33,880 nt of DNA, taken from Crenotrichaceae bacterium. Its GTDB lineage: Bacteria; Pseudomonadota; Gammaproteobacteria; Methylococcales; DRLZ01. The position numbers and the translations under genes are program-made. Position 1 is the stretch's first letter. The number at the start of each line of letters is the position of its first letter. This document shows positions 18,290 to 27,829 of the stretch, one piece after another. Under the pieces are notes generated by a model. It made no database searches and had not been told where the DNA came from. It saw only the letters and a list, made by a program, of their open reading frames with translations. The stretch spans positions 1-33,880 of the forward strand of contig DRLZ01000184.1 in the NCBI GenBank assembly GCA_011322755.1, in the 5' to 3' direction.

Positions 18290-18976
18290 TTAAATCATTG
18301 AAAGCTTACTCAAAGCATCCGCATCCCGGATAATAATCGTATTCCGCGCCAACTTAACCCATCCCTGGTTTTCAAAACATTTCAGGTGGCGAGAGATGGT
18401 TTCCCTTGCCATTCCCATCTCGACAGCAATATCCTGGTGGGTTTTAACAATCGGTGCATTGAGCTGGTTAAATTTGAGAAGAATACCTGCCAGTGTCTGA
18501 TCGACTGCTGGCGAACACATCTGGTCAATCCGCTTGAGAACATCAGCAAGCCGTTGCCCCAGGTTTTGAAACACAAACCTGCGGAAAACAGAAGAATGAT
18601 TCAAATAATGATTAAATATCGACTCGTTCAAGGTAAATGCAACCACCTCTGATTCGGTAATCGCTTCAGCCGGAAAGCGCTGATGACTGATTAAACAAGA
18701 TGTGGTGAGTATGCAAGCTTCTCCTGGTTGAACACGATAAAGAGTAACTTCACGACCTGATTCAGTCACCAGTTGAATACGCAAACTGCCTCGCGCATTC
18801 ATCAGATAGTGTTGACAGAGTGAATTTTTCGGTGTAACCAGCGTATTCGCTTCAAATACATGGGACTGCACCCCATCCATTAAACTCGGAATATTATCTT
18901 TTGAACCTCCCATCAGTGAAGAAAAATGGCTTTTCCATAAGCTGTTAATATCAGCTATTGATAAATTTTCAGGCAT
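18290..18976 (-). CDS. Crp/Fnr family transcriptional regulator
   Basis: 228 aa. cNMP-binding-like beta-roll, dimerisation helix and C-terminal HTH HQDIAVEMGMARETISRHLKCFENQGWV (E--SR recognition motif). It lacks an N-terminal Cys cluster, so it is not a canonical O2-sensing FNR. Confidence 0.88.
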   Translation of the reverse strand: MPENLSIADINSLWKSHFSSLMGGSKDNIPSLMDGVQSHVFEANTLVTPKNSLCQHYLMNARGSLRIQLVTESGREVTLYRVQPGEACILTTSCLISHQRFPAEAITESEVVAFTLNESIFNHYLNHSSVFRRFVFQNLGQRLADVLKRIDQMCSPAVDQTLAGILLKFNQLNAPIVKTHQDIAVEMGMARETISRHLKCFENQGWVKLARNTIIIRDADALSKLSMI

Positions 18977-19205
18977 GATCCAGCACCCAGTTTATTGACA
19001 GATAGGCAGGTGAAAAATAGTTGATTGAGCTGCGCAATAGTGAACAACGAAATAACCACAGACGGGTAGACTACAGATTGCATTGAATAGTTCGCACAGA
19101 AAAACCTGTTTGATGCACACAGCCTCACAGATGGCGATTCAATCCCTTCAACTTTCTGCTGGCAATGAACTAAACTTCAGACTAGACAATAGAAGGTGAA
19201 AAAAC

Positions 19206-20141
19206 TTGCTGACTCCGTTATTAAAAAAAATTCATACCAGTCTCGATACATTAAACCAGGTCGTGCTTGGCAAAGAACAACAGGTACAGCTGGCTGTTGC
19301 CTGTATCTTATCGAATGGACATTTGCTCATCGAAGACTTGCCAGGGATGGGTAAAACCACACTGGCTCATGCCCTGGCGAAAACACTTGGGCTGGATTAC
19401 AAGCGCGTACAATTTACCAGTGATTTATTACCGGCTGATTTAATTGGTACTTCTGTGTTTGATGCGCAATCATCTACATTTAGTTTTCATCGCGGCCCGA
19501 TTTTCAGTGCAATCTTTTTAGCTGATGAGCTCAATCGCGCAACACCAAAAGCTCAAAGTGCTTTGCTGGAAGCCATGGAAGAAGGTCAGGTAAGCATCGA
19601 TGGAGAGACTTATTCACTGCCAGAGCCATTTTTTGTGATTGCTACCCAGAATCCACAAACGCAATCAGGCACTTTTCCGCTACCAGAATCCCAACTGGAC
19701 CGCTTCATGTTTCGTATTTCTCTCGGTTATCCTGAGCCATCGATAGAACGAGAAATCCTGAAAGGCGACAAAGGCAGAGCGGCTCTGGATCAAGTCACAC
19801 AGGTACTCAGTCGCGAAAATTTGCTGACGATTCAGCAACTGGTTCCGCAGATTAAGGTTTCCGATACCTTGCTGGACTACGTGCAACGCTTGATTGCCCA
19901 AACCCGGCAAGATGATTTATGCCACCTCGGTTTATCGCCACGTGGTGCGCTCGCATTGCTGAAAAGCGCTCAATGCTGGGCCTTGTTACAAGGGCGTGGA
20001 CATGTGTTGCCGGAAGATGTTCAGGCCGTGTTTGTCGCCGTTGTCGGGCACCGGATTATTGGTAAAAAAGAAACCCAGGGCGAGCAGCTGGCAAGACATG
20101 TTCTGCAAGCAGTTGATGTTATTGGCGCCGGTGTTCACTAG
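19206..20141 (+). CDS. MoxR-family AAA+ ATPase
   Basis: 311 aa, TTG start with GAAGGTGA SD. Walker A LPGMGKTT, Walker B IFLADELNR, sensor ATQNP, and the MoxR-typical LGYP and SPRG motifs. Confidence 0.92.
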   Translation: MLTPLLKKIHTSLDTLNQVVLGKEQQVQLAVACILSNGHLLIEDLPGMGKTTLAHALAKTLGLDYKRVQFTSDLLPADLIGTSVFDAQSSTFSFHRGPIFSAIFLADELNRATPKAQSALLEAMEEGQVSIDGETYSLPEPFFVIATQNPQTQSGTFPLPESQLDRFMFRISLGYPEPSIEREILKGDKGRAALDQVTQVLSRENLLTIQQLVPQIKVSDTLLDYVQRLIAQTRQDDLCHLGLSPRGALALLKSAQCWALLQGRGHVLPEDVQAVFVAVVGHRIIGKKETQGEQLARHVLQAVDVIGAGVH

Positions 20142-20143
20142 CT

Positions 20144-21112
20144 GTGCCTGGAGCGCGCTGGAAAACCCGTCTCAATCTCTGGCTGGAGAAACGCTTTCCT
20201 GATAGCCGCGAAATCACCCTGGATATCAACCGGATTTTCATTATCCCCACCAGAATTAGCGCGGCCTTATTCATCGCAATAATCGTGCTGTCACTCATCG
20301 CGATTAATTTTCAGAATTCCCTGATTTACGGATTGAGCTTTTGGTTGCTGTCGATGATTGTGATGGCAATTTTTTATACGTACCGCAATTTATCTGCTTT
20401 AAGTATTCGGGCGATACAATCCAGTCCTTGTTTTATGGGCGAAAAAGCAGTCTTTGAACTGGAAATATCGTGTCCTGAAAATCAAAAAAAGTCAGCGATT
20501 ACAATCGGCTGGAAGTATGAAGATATGACTGTTGTCGATCTTCAACAACATCATAGCGTTCATATCAAGCTATCCCACAGTACCAAACAACGCGGACGTT
20601 TCAAGCCTGAAAGACTGTCGATTTTCAGCGTTTACCCGATTGGTCTGGTGGTTGCCTGGTCGTATGCAGCTTTGGACATGCACAGCATTGTTTATCCCGC
20701 TCCGGTGTTATACGCAACAGGAGAAGACGGGCTCGGTCTGGATGAAATAGCCGAACAAGGTCTGGAAATCAGCAATGGTACAACAGATTTTGCAGGTATA
20801 CGTGATTATCGTGATGGAGATTCCCCAAAACTGATCCATTGGGGCGCTTATGCAAAAACCGGAAATCTGTATAGCAAAACCTTTGTTGATTACGCCGATC
20901 ACGATGTCTGGCTGGAGTGGGATAAACTGACCATGCCAGGAATTGAAACCAAACTATCTCATCTTTGTGCAAAAGTTCTGCAATATCATCAGCAACAGCA
21001 ACTTTATGGTTTAAAAATACCCGGCAAAACCATTCAGCCAATGCGTGGTGAAGCCCATAAAAACACGTGTTTAACCGCATTGGCGTTATTTGCAGAAGGC
21101 AAGGAAAAGTAA
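20144..21112 (+). CDS. DUF58 domain protein (two N-terminal TM helices)
   Basis: 322 aa. The GTG start is 2 nt after the moxR stop. DUF58 signature FAGIRDYRDGDSPKLIHWGAYAKTGNLYSKTF. Confidence 0.88.
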   Translation: MPGARWKTRLNLWLEKRFPDSREITLDINRIFIIPTRISAALFIAIIVLSLIAINFQNSLIYGLSFWLLSMIVMAIFYTYRNLSALSIRAIQSSPCFMGEKAVFELEISCPENQKKSAITIGWKYEDMTVVDLQQHHSVHIKLSHSTKQRGRFKPERLSIFSVYPIGLVVAWSYAALDMHSIVYPAPVLYATGEDGLGLDEIAEQGLEISNGTTDFAGIRDYRDGDSPKLIHWGAYAKTGNLYSKTFVDYADHDVWLEWDKLTMPGIETKLSHLCAKVLQYHQQQQLYGLKIPGKTIQPMRGEAHKNTCLTALALFAEGKEK

Positions 21113-21114
21113 CC

Positions 21115-23157
21115 ATGTTTTTTAAGGGCTTTCCGCAAAACAATCAAATAACCTATGCCGGTATGCTGTGGCTGCTTGCTGCGCAATTAGTGGTAATGGC
21201 ACCACTGGCATTTTATCTTCCAGTCTGGTTGATTCCGGTATTGTTATTATCTGCCGGATGGCGGATTCGGGTGATGAAAGGCCATCATGAGCAACCCGGG
21301 AATTTGATAAAAATTATCATCAGTGGACTTGGTGTTGGGGCGTTGTTTCTGAGTGGAATGGAGCTGGTCTCACTGGATATGATCGCTTCATTGTTAATGC
21401 TGGGCTTTTCCTATAAAGCCATTGAGATCATTCAGCGCCGTGACGGAGTTGTAGTGATTTTAACCGGTTTTATCCTGATCGCTGTGTTGTTTCTCTATTC
21501 GCAAACCATTCTCACCGCACTTTATGGTGTTTTTGCGCTAATTGTCTTGAGTGGCGCGATGATCGCAATTCACCAATCCAGCAGTCATCAGATTATCAAG
21601 GACTTGAAGCTTTCATCATTGATGCTGATGCTGTGTTTTCCATTAATGATTGTATTATTTTTATTTGCTCCACGTCTGCCGCCGCTATGGTCAGTTCCCG
21701 TCCCCGGTGGCAGTGCCAAAACAGGTATGAGCGACATGATGTCTCCGGGGTCGATTACTTCACTCAGTCAGTCTGATGAATTGGCATTTAATGTCAAATT
21801 TCTTGGGGCACGCCCCAAACAAACAGAACTCTACTGGTATGGAATCGTGTTACAGCATTTTGATGGCAATACTTGGACTCAATTTGCACAGCAGCTGGAT
21901 GCCAAAGCAGTTAAATCAAAGCTGAAAACGAGTCAACGTCAGATCCACCAGCGCTTGTTTCAACAAGATGGCAGTAAAGGTGTTGGCCTTGAATATGAAG
22001 TCATTTACGAAAAATCAGGACAACCCTGGTTATTTGCGCTATCCCCTGTTGTCAGTATTAAAGGTGATGCTTTTTTTGGCAATGATTTTCGGATCATCGC
22101 CAACCAGGATTTGCTGGAACCCATGTTGTTGAGTCTGGTGAGTTATCCGCAAGCTTTGCGTGACGTTCAGTTGCCCACAGCCAGTCGTCAACTGGCATTG
22201 CAGCTTCCAGAACAAGGCAATGAGCAAAGCCGGCTACTGGCACAGCAATTGGTTGCCACATCGACCTCAAAGCAAGACTATATCGACAACATTCTCAAGC
22301 GTTATCAGCAGCAAGCATTTTATTACACGCTACGTCCACCGCTCATGGATCAAAACAATTCAATTGATGATTTTCTGTTTAATCAGAAAAAAGGGTTTTG
22401 TGAACATTATGCGGGTAGTTTTGTTTTTATGATGCGAGCCGCAGGCATCCCTGCGCGCGTTATCGTCGGGTATCAAGGTGGTGAATGGAACAACAATGGT
22501 CATTTTCTCTCAGTACGGCAATACGATGCCCACGCATGGGCAGAAGTGTGGCTGGAAAATCGAGGCTGGATCCGGTTTGATCCAACCGCAATGGTCGCGC
22601 CTGAACGTATTGAACACAATCTACAAACAGCAGTGGATAAAGAGGGCAGTTTTCTCGAAGCTCAAACGTTTTCACTGTCGAAAAATCAGTGGCTAATCTC
22701 GCTTAGACAACGAATCGACTCAACCCAGTATGCATGGCGGCGCTTTGTTCTCGGTTATGACAGCGATTCACAAACACAACTGTTGAAGCGTTTGTTCGGT
22801 GATCTGTCGGTGCAAAAAATTGCCTTTTTGGTCGGCGGTCTTTTTGCAGCGATTATTTTGTTATGGGTGGTGTTTCTTGGTCTCACTAAAAAGCATGTCA
22901 GCATTGCCGCAGAACATCGACTGTATCAACATTTTTGTGATTTTCTGGAACAGCAAGGCATCAGCAGAGAACCGTCACAAACACCGCAGGCATTGAGTCA
23001 GATAGCGATAACCAAACTACCCGGATTAGCCACTGAGATCAAAGCATTTACCAGGGTATATTCAGCGCTGTGCTACGAACCGGATCAACACCATCTTCAT
23101 CAGCAACAGATCAACAGCTTGAAAAAATTGCTGAAAAAAATGCAACGCCAGCGCTAA
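21115..23157 (+). CDS. Membrane transglutaminase-like protein (TgpA-type: DUF3488 + transglutaminase core + DUF4129)
   Basis: Start moved to ATG 21115, 2 nt after the DUF58 stop; the ORF-track start 21067 would overlap. N-terminal multi-TM region. Transglutaminase core has Cys in KKGFCEHYAGSF and His/Asp in DAHAWAEVWLENRGWIRFDPT. There is a late TM helix IAFLVGGLFAAIILLWVVFLGL. Confidence 0.88.
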   Translation: MFFKGFPQNNQITYAGMLWLLAAQLVVMAPLAFYLPVWLIPVLLLSAGWRIRVMKGHHEQPGNLIKIIISGLGVGALFLSGMELVSLDMIASLLMLGFSYKAIEIIQRRDGVVVILTGFILIAVLFLYSQTILTALYGVFALIVLSGAMIAIHQSSSHQIIKDLKLSSLMLMLCFPLMIVLFLFAPRLPPLWSVPVPGGSAKTGMSDMMSPGSITSLSQSDELAFNVKFLGARPKQTELYWYGIVLQHFDGNTWTQFAQQLDAKAVKSKLKTSQRQIHQRLFQQDGSKGVGLEYEVIYEKSGQPWLFALSPVVSIKGDAFFGNDFRIIANQDLLEPMLLSLVSYPQALRDVQLPTASRQLALQLPEQGNEQSRLLAQQLVATSTSKQDYIDNILKRYQQQAFYYTLRPPLMDQNNSIDDFLFNQKKGFCEHYAGSFVFMMRAAGIPARVIVGYQGGEWNNNGHFLSVRQYDAHAWAEVWLENRGWIRFDPTAMVAPERIEHNLQTAVDKEGSFLEAQTFSLSKNQWLISLRQRIDSTQYAWRRFVLGYDSDSQTQLLKRLFGDLSVQKIAFLVGGLFAAIILLWVVFLGLTKKHVSIAAEHRLYQHFCDFLEQQGISREPSQTPQALSQIAITKLPGLATEIKAFTRVYSALCYEPDQHHLHQQQINSLKKLLKKMQRQR

Positions 23158-23310
23158 ATGAATGGTGCCGGTTTCAGCTGTTAATCTATAGGTTAACTGG
23201 AATAACAAGCATCCCATCCAGCACAAATAAACGCAACACTATTCTCATCACCAAGTCGGGTGGAAACCAAATTAATAGCAGATCGCATATGCCATTATCC
23301 ACTGTATTCA

Positions 23311-24339
23311 TCAGGAAGGATGCGTGTCACGCATCCGACACGCTCTCCAAACCCCTGGAGATGAACCAATACAACGTTTGAAAGCACGGCTAAACGCGGC
23401 AACATTATCATAACCAACCCGGGTGGATATTTGTTCAATGCCAGCCCGGGTTTCATTGAGTAATTTACTTGCCAGATACATTCGCCAGCGTGTCACATAG
23501 ACCATGGGCGATGTGCCCATGATCTCTGTAAATCGCGCTGCAAACCGTGATGGTGAGAGTGAAACCAGTTTGGCCATTTCCTGAACCGACCATCCATACT
23601 CGGGCTTTGCATGAATGGCTGTAATCACCCTTACAGCCATCGGGTCTTTGAGTGCCTGTAACCATCCGCTTTGTTCAGCAGGTAAAGTTTCTAGATAAGA
23701 ATGAATTGATCTGGCACAGAGTAATTCCAGATAGCGTTCCACGCTATAGCTGTGAGCTAGTGACTGTTGATCCATCTCTTTGAGCAACAAATTGACGATA
23801 TTTGCTGTTGTTGCCTGTGAGTAGTTATCACTCTGATCAGTGGTGATTTTCAGTAGCGGCGGTAAGGCTTCAAACAGTGGGTTTCGCAGCGTATCGCGCA
23901 ACATAAAAATGCCGCAAATCAAAGAAGTTGATTGTGGATACGTGTCTTGTGTTGGCTTGAAAATATTCAAGCCAGTTTGCATGATGGTTTTGAAAGAGCA
24001 AGCCGGATAGCTTGTTCCCTGATAAAGTGTGTGTGCCATCCCTGAAAACACGATGACCAGTTCACCTTCGTTTACGATGTGTTTGTCTTTATTCTCCAGT
24101 TCGATTTCAACATAACCGCGCCGAACCAAGTGAAATGCAGCAATATGAGTGGCGTTGCTGCTCTCCAGGCTTTTAACCAGCTCAACTTTATCGGGTATGG
24201 TGATTGCCCACGGTGCTGCATAATCTTCATTCAACAGCAAACTACCGGTAATTTGCATTGATCGCAAGGACTCACTGAAAACATCATCTGAAGAATTAAT
24301 TTTAGTTGTTTCAGCATGATATTCAGTTGTTACAGCCAT
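23311..24339 (-). CDS. AraC family transcriptional regulator with N-terminal cupin-type sensor domain
   Basis: 342 aa. C-terminal double HTH (WSVQEMAKLVSLSPSRFAARFTEIMGTSPMVYVTRWRM...IEQISTRVGYDNVAAFSRAFKRCIGSSPGVWR). Divergent, with a 63-bp gap, from the downstream cluster. Confidence 0.88.
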   Translation of the reverse strand: MAVTTEYHAETTKINSSDDVFSESLRSMQITGSLLLNEDYAAPWAITIPDKVELVKSLESSNATHIAAFHLVRRGYVEIELENKDKHIVNEGELVIVFSGMAHTLYQGTSYPACSFKTIMQTGLNIFKPTQDTYPQSTSLICGIFMLRDTLRNPLFEALPPLLKITTDQSDNYSQATTANIVNLLLKEMDQQSLAHSYSVERYLELLCARSIHSYLETLPAEQSGWLQALKDPMAVRVITAIHAKPEYGWSVQEMAKLVSLSPSRFAARFTEIMGTSPMVYVTRWRMYLASKLLNETRAGIEQISTRVGYDNVAAFSRAFKRCIGSSPGVWRACRMRDTHPS

Positions 24340-24402
24340 AGAACCATCTCTTAATAAAGTCGATACTGTATGTCACTTTTACATTAACAGAGGAATTGGT
24401 TT

Positions 24403-25080
24403 ATGTCATTGAATACTTCCAGCTGGTTTATGATCGGACTCGACATGCTGATGATTGTGTATACGCTCTGGGTCATTTCACTCAGCAACAATAACAGGTT
24501 TCATACAGGCATTGGCGCCGGATTATTCGCGTGGCTGATTTTGCTGCATGTTGGTCTGTCAACAAAAAGCCTGTTTCCCGAGGATATTTCCGGAATTGTG
24601 TTTCTGCTGATCATTTTTGTTGCTGTTGGCCTGATTGGTGTGTTGTTATTGACTGTTCCAGTGCTGAAAACACTCTTACTTGGCTTGAGTCAGCAGCAGT
24701 TGTTGTTAATGCAAGGCATCAGAGTATTCTTTGGTGCTTCATTTCTAATGCAAGCCGGTCTGGGCAACATGCCACTGGCATTTGGAATAGTTGATGGCTG
24801 GACACATATTGCTGCCGGATTTTTTGGGCTGGTTGCTGCTTTTTCAATGGCAAGTCATGTTGATGAGACCAGGCGGGCATGGTTTGCAAACCTGTTTGGC
24901 CTGCTGGATATATTAATTGTCGCTAGCACACTGTCATTATTGATCTTACCGGACATAACTCCGCACGGAAGCATGATGTACGCAGTATTTTTGCCTGCAC
25001 CACTTTGGTTGTGGTTTCACCTGATATCAATTCATAAATTGCTGCAAGAACAAGCTGATCAAGTGGGTGAAATCGCATGA
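24403..25080 (+). CDS. Uncharacterised integral membrane protein (about 6-7 TM)
   Basis: 225 aa and strongly hydrophobic, with AGAGGAA SD. I recognise no family. Confidence 0.7.
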   Translation: MSLNTSSWFMIGLDMLMIVYTLWVISLSNNNRFHTGIGAGLFAWLILLHVGLSTKSLFPEDISGIVFLLIIFVAVGLIGVLLLTVPVLKTLLLGLSQQQLLLMQGIRVFFGASFLMQAGLGNMPLAFGIVDGWTHIAAGFFGLVAAFSMASHVDETRRAWFANLFGLLDILIVASTLSLLILPDITPHGSMMYAVFLPAPLWLWFHLISIHKLLQEQADQVGEIA

Positions 25081-25143
25081 CTGGTTTCTTTAAATATGAC
25101 TGGTTCGTCAGATCAGGAATCGACTCTAACACGTAGGTGAATC

Positions 25144-25548
25144 ATGCATACTCCATTAACAACAGAGCTCTACTGGTTGATATTAACTATCACCATGACA
25201 GCACTTTTCTGGCTTCCTTATATCGCCAACAGGATTATTGAACTGGGTGCATGGGCAACATTAAGCGTACCAGATCTTCATCCCGAGGCGCAGTGGGCGC
25301 AAAGATTAATGAAAGCACATGCGAATGCTGTTGAAAATCTGGTGGTGTTTGCCCCATTACTGTTGATTGTCCAGATAACCGGCATGAATTCTTCAATAAC
25401 GGCCACTACAAGCATGGTGTATTTCTTTACCCGCTTAATCCATGTCATTGCCTACTTGATTGCAGTTCCCGTTGTGAGAACTTTTGCTTTTGTGGGTGGT
25501 TTTTTTTGTCAATTGGTTCTGGTAATAACATTGCTTAACGCTTTCTAA
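25144..25548 (+). CDS. MAPEG family membrane protein (microsomal GST-like)
   Basis: 134 aa with 4 TM segments. The motif RLMKAHANAVENLVVFAP matches the R..aH.N..E MAPEG signature. Confidence 0.8.
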   Translation: MHTPLTTELYWLILTITMTALFWLPYIANRIIELGAWATLSVPDLHPEAQWAQRLMKAHANAVENLVVFAPLLLIVQITGMNSSITATTSMVYFFTRLIHVIAYLIAVPVVRTFAFVGGFFCQLVLVITLLNAF

Positions 25549-25567
25549 ATTGAATATGAGTGTCGTT

Positions 25568-26209
25568 ATGAATACAAAATTCTATTATGGCTCCGGATCA
25601 CCATTCTCTTGGGCTGTGTGGCTGGTTCTGGAACACAAACAGATTGCTTATGAATTAATTGTGATGTCGCTGCAAAGTGGTGAATTGAAGGAAGCGGATT
25701 TTTTGAGTATCAATCCGCATGGCAAGGTTCCTGTAATCGTCGATGCTGATTTCAGCCTATGGGAATCATTAGCCATTATTGAATATCTGGAAGAACGTTA
25801 CCCGGAATATTCTGTGTTTCCCTCAAATATCAGGGAACGAGCAGTTGCTCGCCGTATTGCTGCAGAAACACATACATATCTCTATCCTGCGCTACGACGA
25901 CTGTTGGAGCTGACCTTGTTTCGTAGCAGTGGTAACGGGAATCCTGCTGAAATTAAATTATCACTGAAGGATTTGGGCGAACAATTAGACTATTTTGAGA
26001 ATCAGTTGCAAAGTCAGTATTGTGTCAGCGATTTATCATTGGCTGATTTTACGCTCTATCCATTGTTGGCGTTAATTAAACGCCTTGAAGCAAAACAACC
26101 CCAACATAGTGTTACAGCATTGATTGGCCCGAAACTGACCACATTCATGCAGAATATCGAGCAATTAACGTATTTTGATAAAACCACACCTCCTCACTGG
26201 AAAGGATAA
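25568..26209 (+). CDS. Glutathione S-transferase
   Basis: The thioredoxin-like N-domain starts MNTKFYYGSGSPFSWAVW. It has HGKVPVIVDADFSLWESLAIIEYLEERYP and an alpha-helical C-domain. The start is ambiguous: TTG 25550, ATG 25556 or ATG 25568. Confidence 0.88.
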   Translation: MNTKFYYGSGSPFSWAVWLVLEHKQIAYELIVMSLQSGELKEADFLSINPHGKVPVIVDADFSLWESLAIIEYLEERYPEYSVFPSNIRERAVARRIAAETHTYLYPALRRLLELTLFRSSGNGNPAEIKLSLKDLGEQLDYFENQLQSQYCVSDLSLADFTLYPLLALIKRLEAKQPQHSVTALIGPKLTTFMQNIEQLTYFDKTTPPHWKG

Positions 26210-26215
26210 CTAAAG

Positions 26216-26929
26216 ATGTCTACTCAATCGAATAAGCCGGTCTGCGTTGTTGTCGGTGTCGGCCCTGGAAACGGCGCTGCATATGCACGACGCTATACAG
26301 CAGAAGGTTATCAAGTTGCACTGTTGGCACGTCGTCTGACATTCACCGCGGAGCTTGCAAATACACTGGATGGTGCACGGGCGTATGCATGTGATGTTTG
26401 CGATATTCATTCAGTCGAAACCACATTTGAAGCAATACATACAGAACTTGGGGATATTGAGGTACTGATCTACAATCCTGGGGCTGGCATCTGGGCTGAT
26501 GTGGAGGAAATATCATTCGATGATTTTGAACAGAGCTGGCGGGTTAATACATTTGGAGCACTGCTGACATCCAGACAAGTGATTGCTTCCATGAAAAGTA
26601 ACGACAAGGGCAATATCATTTTTATCGGTGCTACAGCTTCACGCAGGGGAGGTGCCAAAATGGCAGCGTTTGCGTCAGCCAAAGCAGCACAAAAAAGCCT
26701 TTCCGAATCGATGGCACGCCACCTTGGGCCAGCAGGAATTCACGTTTCACTGATTATCGTGGACGGAGTTGTCGACACACCAGCAACACGCAAGATGATG
26801 CCCGATAAAGCCAACGATTATTTCATCCAGCCGGATGATCTGGCGGATGTTGCAATGAACTTAACCCGGCAAAAACGCTCTACATGGTCATCTGTGATTG
26901 AAGTACGTCCTTATGCCGAGGTTTGGTAA
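26216..26929 (+). CDS. Short-chain dehydrogenase/reductase family protein, atypical active site (FxxxK)
   Basis: 237 aa. Rossmann motif VVVGVGPGNGAA, then NPGAG, then GATASRRGGAKMAAFASAKAAQK, where Phe occupies the position of the catalytic Tyr of YxxxK. Confidence 0.88.
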   Translation: MSTQSNKPVCVVVGVGPGNGAAYARRYTAEGYQVALLARRLTFTAELANTLDGARAYACDVCDIHSVETTFEAIHTELGDIEVLIYNPGAGIWADVEEISFDDFEQSWRVNTFGALLTSRQVIASMKSNDKGNIIFIGATASRRGGAKMAAFASAKAAQKSLSESMARHLGPAGIHVSLIIVDGVVDTPATRKMMPDKANDYFIQPDDLADVAMNLTRQKRSTWSSVIEVRPYAEVW

Positions 26930-27091
26930 GCTGGATGTCATTTAATTATCTTTACTTTTGAGTTGAGGTATCTGTTAATTTATCAGGAGTGAAATTGGAA
27001 ACTTCAGCTAAAAGATTTTATCCCAATGAAACGGGTGCGCAGCGCAGCCTATCCATTCCAAATAATCTGTAACCATTGAAAAGACATTTAT

Positions 27092-27772
27092 ATGAATATT
27101 CTCATTGTTCTTACCTCACATGATCAACTTGGTGAAACAGGACAGAAAACAGGATTCTGGCTGGAAGAATTTGCCACGCCTTATTATCGATTCCTGGATG
27201 CAAATGCAACGATAACACTTGCCTCACCCAATGGTGGACAGCCTCCGTTAGATCCCAAAAGTGATGATCCTGCTTTTCAAACAGCAGCAACACAGCGTTT
27301 CAAAAAAGATGCTAGTGCTCAAAATGCATTAGCAAATACGCTGAAATTGTCAGAAATTATATCTGGTGATTATGATGCTGTTTTTTATCCTGGTGGACAT
27401 GGACCATTGTGGGGCTTAGCGGAAGACCGTCATTCGATTGCTTTAATCGAAACCATGTATGCTACTGGAAAGCTGGTTGCCGCAGTGTGTCATGCACCAG
27501 CAGTGTTACGTCATGTTAAGGCGCTTGATGGATCTTTGTTAGTCAAAGGGAAGGCTGTCACAGGTTTTAGTAATACTGAAGAGGATGCGGTTCAACTATC
27601 AAATATCGTACCTTTTTTACTGGAAGATGATTTGAAAGCGAAAGGAGCACTGTACTCAAAGGCCGATGATTGGCAACCGTATAGACAGATTGACAGTAAT
27701 TTGATCACGGGACAAAATCCAGCCTCATCTGATCTTGTGGCAAATGCTATATTGGAAATGATCAAACAATAA
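27092..27772 (+). CDS. DJ-1/PfpI family (type 1 glutamine amidotransferase-like) protein
   Basis: 226 aa. FWLEEFATPY, YPGGHGPLW and the nucleophile elbow VAAVCHAPAVL are typical of the Hsp31-like/DJ-1 superfamily. Confidence 0.88.
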   Translation: MNILIVLTSHDQLGETGQKTGFWLEEFATPYYRFLDANATITLASPNGGQPPLDPKSDDPAFQTAATQRFKKDASAQNALANTLKLSEIISGDYDAVFYPGGHGPLWGLAEDRHSIALIETMYATGKLVAAVCHAPAVLRHVKALDGSLLVKGKAVTGFSNTEEDAVQLSNIVPFLLEDDLKAKGALYSKADDWQPYRQIDSNLITGQNPASSDLVANAILEMIKQ

Positions 27773-27829
27773 ACAGTTAACTTAGTTACCAACATAAATA
27801 CATAACTACCTCCATGCATAGAGAACAAC

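Noticed and set aside
23318-23336. 19-bp palindrome GGATGCGTG-T-CACGCATCC as a terminator between tgpA and the AraC gene
   Set aside because: It lies inside the last codons of the AraC ORF and has no U-tract on either strand. I kept it only as a curiosity.
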